Shown: piece by piece, positions 51,515 to 62,700 of the stretch
How the letters are laid out: each line of letters starts with the position of its first letter
Numbering within the stretch: the stretch's first letter is position 1
NCBI GenBank assembly: GCA_950097015.1
Contig: CATNEN010000012.1
Span: 3,286,001-3,350,000, forward strand
Reading direction: 5' to 3'
Origin: Macrostomum hystrix
Taxonomy: Eukaryota; Animalia; Platyhelminthes
Length of the DNA stretch: 64,000 bases
The notes under the pieces: generated by a model
The model's database searches: none
The model's input: only the letters and a program-made list of their open reading frames with translations
Told to the model about the DNA's origin: nothing
Made by a program: the position numbers and the translations under genes

Positions 51515-54500
51515 AGATGCGATTCTCAGTGGTAGAAGAGGCGACTCTCAGTGGTAGAAGAGGCTATTCTCAGTGGTAGAAGAGGCAACTCTCAGTGGTA
51601 GAAGAGGCCATTCTCAGTGGTAGAAGAGGCCATTCTCAGTGGTAGAAGAGGCAACTCTCAGTGGTAGAAGAGGCGACTCTCAGTGGTAGAAGAGGCGATT
51701 CTCAGTGGTAGAAGAGGCGATTCTCAGTGGTAGAAGAGGCCATTCTCAGTGGTAGAAGAGGCAACTCTCAGTGGTAGAAGAGGCGATTCTCAGTGGTAGA
51801 AGAAGCGATTCTCAGTGGTAGAAGAGGCGATTCTCAGTGGTAGAAGAAGCGATTCTCAGTGGTAGAAGAGGCAACTCTCAGTGGTAGAAGAGGCGATTCT
51901 CAGTGGTAGAAGAAGCGATTCTCAGTGGTAGAAGAAGCCATTCTCAGTGGTAGAAGAGGCCATTCTCAGTGGTAGAAGAGGCGACTCTCAGTGGTAGAAG
52001 AGGCCATTCTCAGTGGTAGAAGAGGCGACTCTCAGTGGTAGAAGAGGCCATTCTCAGTGGTAGAAGAGGCAACTCTCAGTGGTAGAAGAGGCGACTCTCA
52101 GTGGTAGAAGAGGCCATTCTCAGTGGTAGAGGAGGCCATTCTCAGTGGTAGAAGAGGCGACTCTCAGTGGTAGAAGAGGCCATTCTCAGTGGTAGAAGAG
52201 GCGACTCTCAGTGGTAGAAGAGGCGACTCTCAGTGGTAGAAGAGGCAACTCTCAGTGGTAGAAGAGGCAACTCTCAGTGGTAGAAGAGGCGACTCTCAGT
52301 GGTAGGAGAGGCCATTCTCAGTGGTAGAAGAGGCCATTCTCAGTGGTAGAAGAGGCGATTCTCAGTGGTAGAAGAGGCGACTCTCAGTGGTAGAAGAGGC
52401 TATTCTCAGTGGTAGAAGAAGCGACTCTCAGTGGTAGAAGAGGCGATTCTCAGTGGTAGAAGAGGCGATTCTCAGTGGTAGAAGAGGCAACTCTCAGTGG
52501 TAGAAGAGGCGACTCTCAGTGGTAGAAGAGGCGACTCTCAGTGGTAGAAGAGGCGATTCTCAGTGGTAGAAGAGGCGATTCTCAGTGGTAGAAGAGGCAA
52601 CTCTCAGTGGTAGAAGAGGCGATTCTCAGTGGTAGAAGAAGCGATTCTCAGTGGTAGAAGAGGCGATTCTCAGTGGTAGAAGAAGCGATTCTCAGTGGTA
52701 GAAGAGGCAACTCTCAGTGGTAGAAGAGGCGATTCTCAGTGGTAGAAGAAGGCGATTCTCAGTGGTAGAAGAGGCGATTCTCAGTGGTAGAAGAGGCCAT
52801 TCTCAGTGGTAGATGAGGCGATTCTCAGTGGTAGAAGAGGCGACTCTCAGTGGTTGAAAAGGAGATTCTCAGTGGAAGAAGAGGCGACTCTCAGTGGTAG
52901 AAGAGGCCATTCTCAGTGGTAGAAGAGGCCATTCTCAGTGGTAGAAGAGGCAACTCTCAGTGGTAGAAGAGGCGATTCTCAGTGGTAGAAGAAGCGATTC
53001 TCAGTGGTAGAAGAGGCGATTCTCAGTGGTAGAAGAGGCCATTCTCAGTGGTAGATGAGGCGATTCTCAGTGGTAGAAGAGGCGACTCTCAGTGGTTGAA
53101 AAGGAGATTCTCAGTGGAAGAAGAGGCGACTCTCAGTGGTAGAAGAGGCCATTCTCAGTGGTAGAAGAGGCGACTCTCAGTGGTAGAAGAGGCCATTCTC
53201 AGTGGTAGAAGAGGCCATTCTCAGTGGTAGAAGAGGCCATTCTCAGTGGTAGAAGAGGCGACTCTCAGTGGTAGAAGAGGCGATTCTCAGTGGTAGAAGA
53301 GGCTATTCTCAGTGGTAGAAGAAGCGACTCTCAGTGGTAGAAGAGGCCATTCTCAGTGGTAGAAGAGGCCATTTTCAGTGGTAGAAGAGGCCATTCTCAG
53401 TGGTAGAAGAGGCGATTCTCAGTGGTAGAAGAGGCGACTCTCAGTGGTAGAAGAGGCGATTCTCAGTGGTAGAAGAGGCTATTCTCAGTGGTAGAAGAAG
53501 CGACTCTCAGTGGTAGAAGAGGCCATTCTCAGTGGTAGAAGAGGCGACTCTCAGTGGTAGAAGAGGCGACTCTCAGTGGTAGAAGAGGCGATTCTCAGTG
53601 GTAGAAGAGGCTATTCTCAGTGGTAGAAGAGGCTATTCTCAGTGGTAGAAGAAGCGACTCTCAGTGGTAGAAGAGGCGATTCTCAGTGGTAGAAGAGGTG
53701 ATTCTCAGTGGTTGAAAAGGCCATTCTCAGTGGTAGAAGAGGCGACTCTCAGTGGTAGAAGAGGCGATTCTCAGTGGTAGAAGAGGCTATTCTCAGTGGT
53801 AGAAGAGGCTATTCTCAGTGGTAGAAGAAGCGACTCTCAGTGGTAGAAGAGGCCATTCTCAGTGGTAGAAGAAGCAACTCTCAGTGGTAGAAGAGGCTAT
53901 TCTCAGTGGTAGAAGAAGCTATTCTCAGTGGTAGAAGAAGCGACTCTCAGTGGTAGAAGAGGCTATTCTCAGTGGTAGAAGAGGCGATTCTCAGTGGTAG
54001 AAGAGGCAACTCTCAGTGGTAGATGAGGTGCATGATTTTCAGTGGTAGAAGAGGCGACTCTCAGTGGTAGAAGAGGCAACTCTCAGTGGTAGATGAGGTG
54101 CATGATTTTCAGTGGTAGAAGAGGCGACTCTCAGTGGTAGAAGAGGCGACTCTCAGTGGTAGAAGAGGCCATTTTCAGTGGTAGAAGAGGCCATTCTCAG
54201 TGGTAGAAGAGGCCATTCTCAGTGGTAGAAGAGGCAACTCTCAGTGGTAGAAGAGGCCATTCTCAGTGGTAGAAGAGGCAACTCTCAGTGGTAGGAGAGG
54301 CAACTCTCAGTGGTAGATGAGGTGCATGATTTTCAGTGGTAGAAGAGGCAACTCTCAGTGGTAGAAGAGGCAACTCTCAGTGGTAGATGAGGTGCATGAT
54401 TTTCAGTGGTAGAAGAGGCGATTCTCAGTGGTAGAAGAGGCAACTCTCAGTGGTAGAAGAGGCCATTTTCAGTGGTAGAAGAGGCCATTCTCAGTGGTAG

Positions 54501-55795
54501 AAGAGGCCATTCTCAGTGGTAGAAGAGGCAACTCTCAGTGGTAGAAGAGGCCATTCTCAGTGGTAGAAGAGGCAACTCTCAGTGGTAGAAGAGGCAACTC
54601 TCAGTGGTAGATGAGGTGCATGATTTTCAGTGGTAGAAGAGGCAACTCTCAGTGGTAGAAGAGGCAACTCTCAGTGGTAGATGAGGTGCATGATTTTCAG
54701 TGGTAGAAGAGGCGATTCTCAGTGGTAGAAGAGGCCATTCTCAGTGGTAGAAGAGGCGACTCTCAGTGGTAGAAGAGGCCATTCTCAGTGGTAGAAGAGG
54801 CCATTCTCAGTGGTAGAAGAGGCGACTCTCAGTGGTAGAAGAGGCCATTTTCAGTGGTAGAAGAGGCCATTTTCAGTGGTAGAAGAGGCCATTCTCAGTG
54901 GTAGAAGAGGCGACTCTCAGTGGTAGAAGAGGCCATTCTCAGTGGTAGAAGAGGCCATTCTCAGTGGTAGAAGAGGCCATTCTCAGTGGTAGAAGAGGCG
55001 ACTCTCAGTGGTAGAAGATGCGATTCTCAGTGGTAGAAGAGGCAACTCTCAGTGGTAGATGAGGCCATTCTCAGTGGTAGAAGATGCGATTCTCAGTGGT
55101 AGAAGAGGCAACTCTCAGTGGTAGAAGAGGCGATTTTCAGTGGTAGAAGAGGCGACTCTCAGTGGTAGAAGAGGCCATTCTCAGTGGTAGAAGAGGCCAT
55201 TCTCAGTGGTAGAAGAGGCGACTCTCAGTGGTAGAAGAGGCCATTTTCAGTGGTAGAAGAGGCCATTTTCAGTGGTAGAAGAGGCCATTCTCAGTGGTAG
55301 AAGAGGCGACTCTCAGTGGTAGAAGAGGCCATTCTCAGTGGTAGAAGAGGCCATTCTCAGTGGTAGAAGAGGCCATTCTCAGTGGTAGAAGAGGCGACTC
55401 TCAGTGGTAGAAGATGCGATTCTCAGTGGTAGAAGAGGCAACTCTCAGTGGTAGATGAGGCCATTCTCAGTGGTAGAAGATGCGATTCTCAGTGGTAGAA
55501 GAGGCAACTCTCAGTGGTAGAAGAGGCGATTTTCAGTGGTAGAAGAGGCGACTCTCAGTGGTAGAAGAGGCGATTCTCAGTGGTACTCGTAGAAGAGGCG
55601 ACTCTCAGTGGTAGAAGAGGCGACTCTCAGTGGTAGAAGAGGCGACTCTCAGTGGTAGAAGAGGCGATTCTCAGTGGTACTCGTAGAAGAGGCGACTCTC
55701 AGTGGTAGAAGAGGCGACTCTCAGTGGTAGAAGAGGCGACTCTCAGTGGTAGAAGAGGCCATTCTCAGTGGGTACTCTCAGTGGTACAAGAGGTC
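51515..55795. repeat. 22-bp minisatellite (CTCAGTGGTAGAAGAGGCGACT)n, ~4.3 kb
   Basis: 22-nt period with a variable trinucleotide (GAC/CAT/AAC/GAT/TAT) and a cluster of 25-bp GATGAGGTGCATGATTTT variants at ~54020-54710. Confidence 0.97.
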
Positions 55796-56319
55796 TCTTC
55801 AACCTCTAGGGCTGGTGTGTCCGGAGTTTTCAGCAACCTCCAGGTCTAATTAGGTCTCTAGCTTTGTAACCAAAAACAACCAAAACTAAATGTTCAGCGA
55901 AGCCCATCAAAACAGGTACGCTGTGTTAATGAAGTGTGGACAATTATTGTATTTTAGACAGTATGATCTATGGAATTTATTAATCCTAAATTGATTGAGT
56001 TTTACGGACAGAGTTTGCTGCTTGATCCTAGCTCATCGGATTTGATTGAATAATTTAATTATTCTTGATCTTTTTTTCATTGCTAGTGTTTTATGGGGCA
56101 CAGCGCGACCTGGTTACCATGGAGACAAATTTTTTGCCTCTCCATGGATGAGATTAGAGAGGTAATAAACTCGGACTGAGGCAGTGGAAGCTGCAGTTGA
56201 ATGACTGGCAAAAGGTCGAACGTGTCGATAAACATTTTCGCAAAACGCCAAACGTAGGTAGAAAAATAAAACATACACCGAGAAGGTTAATAAGCCGTTT
56301 AAAGACCCCAAGCGACGCT

Positions 56320-56560
56320 ACCAAAGGTATCCAAAACGACGCTACCGAAGACACCCCGACTGACTACCAAAGACATACCAAGCGACGCTACCAAAGACAT
56401 ACCAAGCGACGCTACCAAAGACATACCAAGCGACGCTACCAAAGACATACCAAGCGACGCTACCAAATATTTACCAAGCGACGCTACCAAAGACATACCA
56501 AGCGACGCTACCAAAGACAAACCGAGCGACGCTACTAACGACGCTCGAGCAGCGTTACCA
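56320..56560. repeat. 24-bp minisatellite (GACGCTACCAAAGACATACCAAGC)n
   Basis: 24-nt period. Explains the RRYQRHTK and SLVASLGM ORFs. Confidence 0.9.
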
Positions 56561-56708
56561 AAGACATCCGGAGCGACACGATCACAGACGACCAAGCGAC
56601 CTCACTAAGGACACCTGAGAGCCGCAATAAAAGTCACCCGACCGAAATTACTAAGGACACTGGAAGCGACGATAAGGAAAGACTACCTGATTGAGGCTAA
56701 TAAAAGTG

Positions 56709-58050
56709 ATGCCGAAGCTTCGCCGTCTCTCTCAGCTTCGCGCCGCTGAGCTGGCAGCCGCCGGTCCCCGAATCGACATCGAGGCGGAGTTGGGCCGTTG
56801 GAACAGCCGCTGGCGCGCCGCCGCCGGCCAAGTAGCCTCGGCCGTCACCGAATCGTCGGGGCAGCGGCCGAAGTCGCCTAGGCTGGCCGGCATAGCGACT
56901 CGGGCGATGCTGCTGCGCTATCAGGAGCCGGCCGATGTTGCATCCGGCGGCGGAGTCGGCAGCCGCTCGGACAAGCTCATCGCGGCCAGAAGAAAGAACC
57001 TGCGCCCGCGAAGTCCGCAGCATGCATCGGCGGCAGCGACGGATCAGCTCGGTGGCCGCTTGTCGCCTCGGCTAGACTGGCGACGGCAGCAGCAACAGCA
57101 GCGACGGGTGTCCACTGTCTCCATAGTCTCCACAGCCTACGAGGGTCCAGAGCTGCCGATTGAGGATAGCAGTGTACATTCAACAGGGGGGCTTGGTTTC
57201 TATGGAATTCGAATAGGAAGAAAATTAAGTGATCCTAAACACATTTGGTGTAGTATAGTCAAAAAACTATCTGGGACATCTTAAAGACATACATAACAGC
57301 CTGAAGTCAATAGCGAAGGCGTTCAGGTCATTCTGAAGAAGTCCCAGAAACATCTGGGTCGTTCTGAAGGTTTTTAGGACACCCTGAAGCTATCTATGAC
57401 GCTCTGAAGGTATCTGGGTTGCCCGGGAGGTTTCTGTGACATCCTGAACTATCTATAGCTCCCAGATGTTGCAGAAATGTTTCCGTTGGTTTTGTTATCT
57501 AAAGGAGGCGAGTGTCTAAGCGGTTAACGCGTTTGCCTTTCGCAACAAAGTCCTTGAGCTCGATTCCGCGCGTGACGCCACATTAATTTGGCGCGCAGCC
57601 ACGGAGAGAAAGCTTGGGGGCTTGTTGTGCAATCTACGCACTTAAGTGCGAACCTCCAATGCACCGTGAAAGTGTACACTGCCTGACGATGAGAAAATCG
57701 GCAAATGTGCACACCTGTGTGAGCGTGTACCTGCGTACGGTATCTGCGTGTGTGTGCTCAGGAGTCAGCAAAATGGGTGGAATCGCCTCCTCGCAGGCTG
57801 CGGGTCTAGCGTCACCAAATCAATTGATGTGCCGTTGCCCGCAGCCCTCCTCCAATTATTATTGTCATTATTCATTATTCATTACTTACCCCTTCCCCCA
57901 CAGCAGCTGCAGTTTCTGCTAGCAGCAGCCACTGCCGACCAACTCGACGAATCCGAAGACATCGGCATGCCGACACCAAAACCGGCCGGGGCGTCGGCAG
58001 CGTCGGCGACGCCGAAACGTCAGGCGCACATGAAACAGCAGAAGCAGCAG

Positions 58051-58083
<33 letters not shown>

Positions 58084-59601
58084 AAAACCGCCGGCTGTCG
58101 AGTAGTGGGGCAGCTCAACCTGGACCAGGCTGATGACTTTGAGAACACCAAGACTGCTACCCGCGGTGGTCACGACAGATTTGGAGGTAACTTGAACTCA
58201 GGATTTCAACCGAATCAGCAATTAAGTCTAGTGATTACTCTTGCGGTTGTTCTCACCAATCCCACGACTGTTCTCATCAATCCCACGACTGTTCTCATCA
58301 ATCCCACGACTGTTCTCCTGAATCTCACGACTGTTCTCATCAATCTCATGACTGTTCTCATCAATCTCATGACTGTTCTCATCAATCTCATGACTGTTCT
58401 CATCAATCTCATGACTGTTCTCATCAATCTCATGACTGTTCTCATCAATTATTACTCTCATCAAGAGTTACTGTTCTCAATAGTTATAATTAATTAAATT
58501 TCTGCTATGAAAATTTCTCGGCCTCTTAAATGTGCTGCAGGCGCCGGAAACTCAAGCGATCGCGGCCTACGGCAGCAGCTGACGCAGGCCCTCGTGGATG
58601 TCAGCCGTCAGCGGCTGCGCAGTTTCCTGGCCGCCGTCCGGGTCGCCGCCGGTCCGGAAGGCGGCCTCGTGGAGTCCGAGCTGCGCCGGCTGGCTTCGGC
58701 GGAGCTGCCGCTGTCTCAGAGCAGCGGGCCGGGCCTCCTGATGCGCCTCGCCCGCGTCTGCGCCCTGGACAGCGACGAGGGCGACTTACCAGACAGTCCA
58801 GTCGGCAACCTGGTCGACACCGAGCTGCTGGCGGCCTGGCTGACCAGAGCTCACGCGGACACCAGGCGGGACAGTGTCACCGCGGCCGCCTCCGACGCGG
58901 CAGAGCTGGCCACCGGGCTGTTCAGCGGTGGAAAGGGCGGCGCCGGCGGGGCCAGCGAAGCCGAGCTGATGTCTCGCGCCGTCGACCAGTTCGACAGCGG
59001 CCGGCCCGTGTTCTTTGATCTAGCCGCTCTGCGGGCAGATCTGCAGCGTCGAGATGCAGCGAGGAGAGGCCGCCTGCCAAAGTCCGAGGTTCGGTTCTGG
59101 GAGATTTCATGGATTAGGATCATCGACTATGTTGTGATTGTGGGATTATTTCGTTGAAAATCTGCGATTTTCCCCGCAGATTCTACAGGCCTGCGCTAGC
59201 CACGACTGTCCAGTGTACGGAGCCCTACTCAACTGCCTGCTCAAACTGTGCGACGCAGAGCCTAATGAAATCATCAAGTGAGTTTTCTGCGCCTGTGCTC
59301 AGCCTTATGTAATGTAGCCCTGCTATAAGTGAATTTAATGCCCTTTGTTATGGTAGGCAAAAGACTAAATCTCAAAGCCCGAACTCTCACATAACATGTT
59401 CAGATTTGATGATCAAATTTACCGTATTATCAGGTGAGATTTATCTATCTATTGAATTATCTAAATATACAGACCCTGAAGAAGGCCCAGCTTTGGCCGA
59501 AAATTTGGTCCATCGTACTATATATTAAAAAATCGGTATCTCAAAACATCTAGTACTGTGTGCGTGGATTGCCTCTGAGAGGCCTTCGTCTATCTATCTG
59601 T

Positions 59602-59667
<66 letters not shown>

Positions 59668-59668
59668 G

Positions 59669-59707
<39 letters not shown>

Positions 59708-62700
59708 GTCTATCTGTCTATCTGTCTATCTGTCTATCTGTCTATCTGTCTATCTGTCTATCTGTCTATCTGTCTATCTGTCTATCTGTCTATCTATCTG
59801 TCTATCTATCTATAAATGTATAAATCTATAATGGATAAAAGCGCTTACCGCGCCCATTGGCTTTCCAGCTGCCTTAATCGTTTCCGGTGATCTTGTGTGC
59901 GTGCTTTCAGCCTGATTGGCTGCGGCAAGCAGCCAATATCTACTATCTATCTATCTATAATATGTAAATGTGAGATATGATTGTTTTTTATATCGCACCT
60001 TTTACGTTAGAAGTACACATTATGCAACTTTGCCCACAGCTGGAAGGACTTTGTCCGTTTTCTGGAGCGCGCTCAGGCAGCCTATTTTCAAAGAAATCCG
60101 GACGCGCTAAAGGCGGCTGCGGCCGCAACCGCGGCATCAAAATCAAAGCATTCACCACCAGAATCGGCTATTCGGCCGCAGGAGAGGTTCAAAAGCGCTA
60201 CTGAAATGGTAAGTGAGGAGTGAGGTGTGTGAGGAGTGAGGTGGGTGAAAAGTGAGGCGGGTGAGGAGTGAGGTGGGAGAGGAGTGAGGTGGGTCAGGAG
60301 TGAGGTGCGTGTGGAGTGAGGTGGGTGAGAAGTGAGGTGGGTGAGGAGTGAGGTGGGTGAGGAGTGAGGTGGGTGAGGAGTGAGGTGGGTGAGGAGTGAG
60401 GTGGGTGAGGAGTGAGGTGGGTGAGGAGTGACGCGGATGAGGAGTGAGGTGGGAGAGGAGTGAGGTGGGTCAGGAGTGAGGTGGGTGAGAAGTGAGATGG
60501 GTGAGAAGTGAGGTGGGTGAGGAGTGAGGTGGGTGAGTAGTGTGTTGGGCGAGGAATGAGTGGGTGAGGAGTGAGGCCGGTAAAGAGTTTGGTGGGCAAG
60601 GAATGAGTGGGTGAGGAGTGAGGTGGGTGAGGAATGAGTGGGTGAGGAGTGAGGTGGTTTACTGCCGAAGAACGATTTATTAAAGAAATGCAAAATGCTC
60701 GTCTTTGACCGCCGCAAAGATTCTTGCAGAAGAGCTGAGAAAGACCCAGCAATCTGGAGGCCAGCAGAAAGAGAATCGCCCAGCAAAGATGCAGAAAGGA
60801 CAGGTGCAGCTGCATTGCCCTCTAGGGGCAACTCATTAGCTAAAAACTTACCTGAGCTGTTTTCTTAATTTAACTTTATTTTTAGCTTTTTGGTTTCTCG
60901 CACTTCAAGCCGCATTTTGACGAAATAAAAGTTGTTAGATTGGAAACACTTTTCAACTGACTTGTGCGAGCAATGCGTTTCAGCGGTCGGAATTCGCGCC
61001 GAAGCAGCAGACGCCATCACTCCAGCGAACTGAGCAGCCGCAGCCACAGCGGCAGGACTCGCTGCTGAAGCAAAATCCTGTCGGAGACGCCGCCGAGCAA
61101 GATCGAGCTAGGATTGAAGATCCAACGACTGTCAAAGGCATGGTGCCAGCTGGTCTTTCAAGAGGCCAGCAGACATCACTGGAACCACAACAGTCAGCGG
61201 GGCAGCCACAGGAGCAGCCGCAGCCGGTCATAGACTCTTCAGGTGCTGTGTCAGCCACCATTCAAGGCCAACGCTGCCTGGCCTACTGTCCGACAGGATT
61301 CGATCCGGAAGCGGACTCACCTGGAGACTTTCCGCTGCGCAGCCTTCAGCTGGAGTGGGTGTGAGTGAGGCTGGATGCAGCTGGAGTGGGTGTGAGTGAG
61401 GCTGGATGCAGCTGGAGTGGGTGTGAGTGAGGCTGGATGCAGCTGGAGTGGGTGTGGGTCAGGCTGGTTGCAGCTGGAGTGGGTGTGAGTGAGGCTGGAT
61501 GCAGCTGGAGTGGGTGTGAGTGAGGCTGGCAGCAGATAGATTCAATGTGGTTGCAGTCTCTCCCATAGCTTTACGCTCGCACCATTCACTGTCCTCAGCT
61601 ATGGTTATCGCGGCAACGACTGTCGCAACAACCTGTTCCCGCTGCCATCCCGACAGCTTCTGTATTTCAACGGTCGAGTTGCCATTCTATTTTCGATCGG
61701 TGAAAATAGACAGAGGCATTACTGCGAGCACACGGCTGACATCACAAGGTGAGAATTGCATTCCATGATATCTGATTGTGATTGGCTGCTTCAACTAAGA
61801 TCGGCACCGCCCCTATTTCAGCATGGCTGTGCATAAGGACGGTGTTACCGTGGCAACAGGGCAGGCAGCCTCCAAGCCGGCTATTCGACTGTGGCGAGCG
61901 GACAGCTTGCAGACGATGGCGGTGCTGGAGGGCTGCGATCTGCCTGGCGCTGTCAGCTGTGTGGCCTTTCCCGAGCAGAGGGTGCGTGCGGACCGTGGTC
62001 CTGTTAGAGATCTGTTTTGATCGTGTTAGACAGGGCTGTTCGATCATGTTAGACAGAGCTGTTCGATCATGTTAGACCGAGCTAAACAAGCAAATATTGT
62101 TTGACAAGTACTGAACCTGCAGTCCCCTTTACTCCCATCACGCAGGACCGTCTCTGGTGCATCTCAACCGAGCCTGAACGTCCACCTATCCTCTCGCTGT
62201 GGGACACTCGAGAGTCAGGCAGCCGACTGTGCTCAGTGCAGCTCAGCACCAACGTGCCCTGCGACCTGGCCTGCAGCCCGGCTGACTCAACGCTGGTGAT
62301 CACTGCTGGCCGCGAGCACGCAGTGTGGTGGCGAGTTGCTGCGGACGGCTCTGACATCCAGCCGCTGGCAAGCGCCGACTTCAGGCGGCTCGTGGCCGGC
62401 GGCCGCTCGCCCAGATTCGTGGTGTCGCTGCTTTACTCGCCAGCTGATGGCAGGCTAATTAGCGGCGACTCCAGCGGCAACGTCTGCGTGTGGGCGGCCT
62501 CGGGCTCCGGGGAGATGCTCGACTGCGTGCCAGGGGCGCATGAGGTGCGCGCATAAAGCGGATGCCTTAATAGTAATACTCGTAGTAATAATAATACGAG
62601 CAATAGTAATTGCGGGATGGCTTCGGGCAATGGCAAATAATTGGGTGCCATGACCCGCAGCTAGCAAGGAGGCAATTCTGCCCATTTCGCTGACTCCTGA

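Noticed and set aside
60660-60825. Purine-rich open stretch resembling an extra EML exon
   Set aside because: Flanking exons 60040-60208 and 60984-61360 already join in phase 0, and no phase-compatible acceptor/donor pair was found.
60088-60831. 247-aa and 173-aa His/Pro/Ser-rich minus-strand ORFs
   Set aside because: They are antisense readings of the 16-bp intronic minisatellite.
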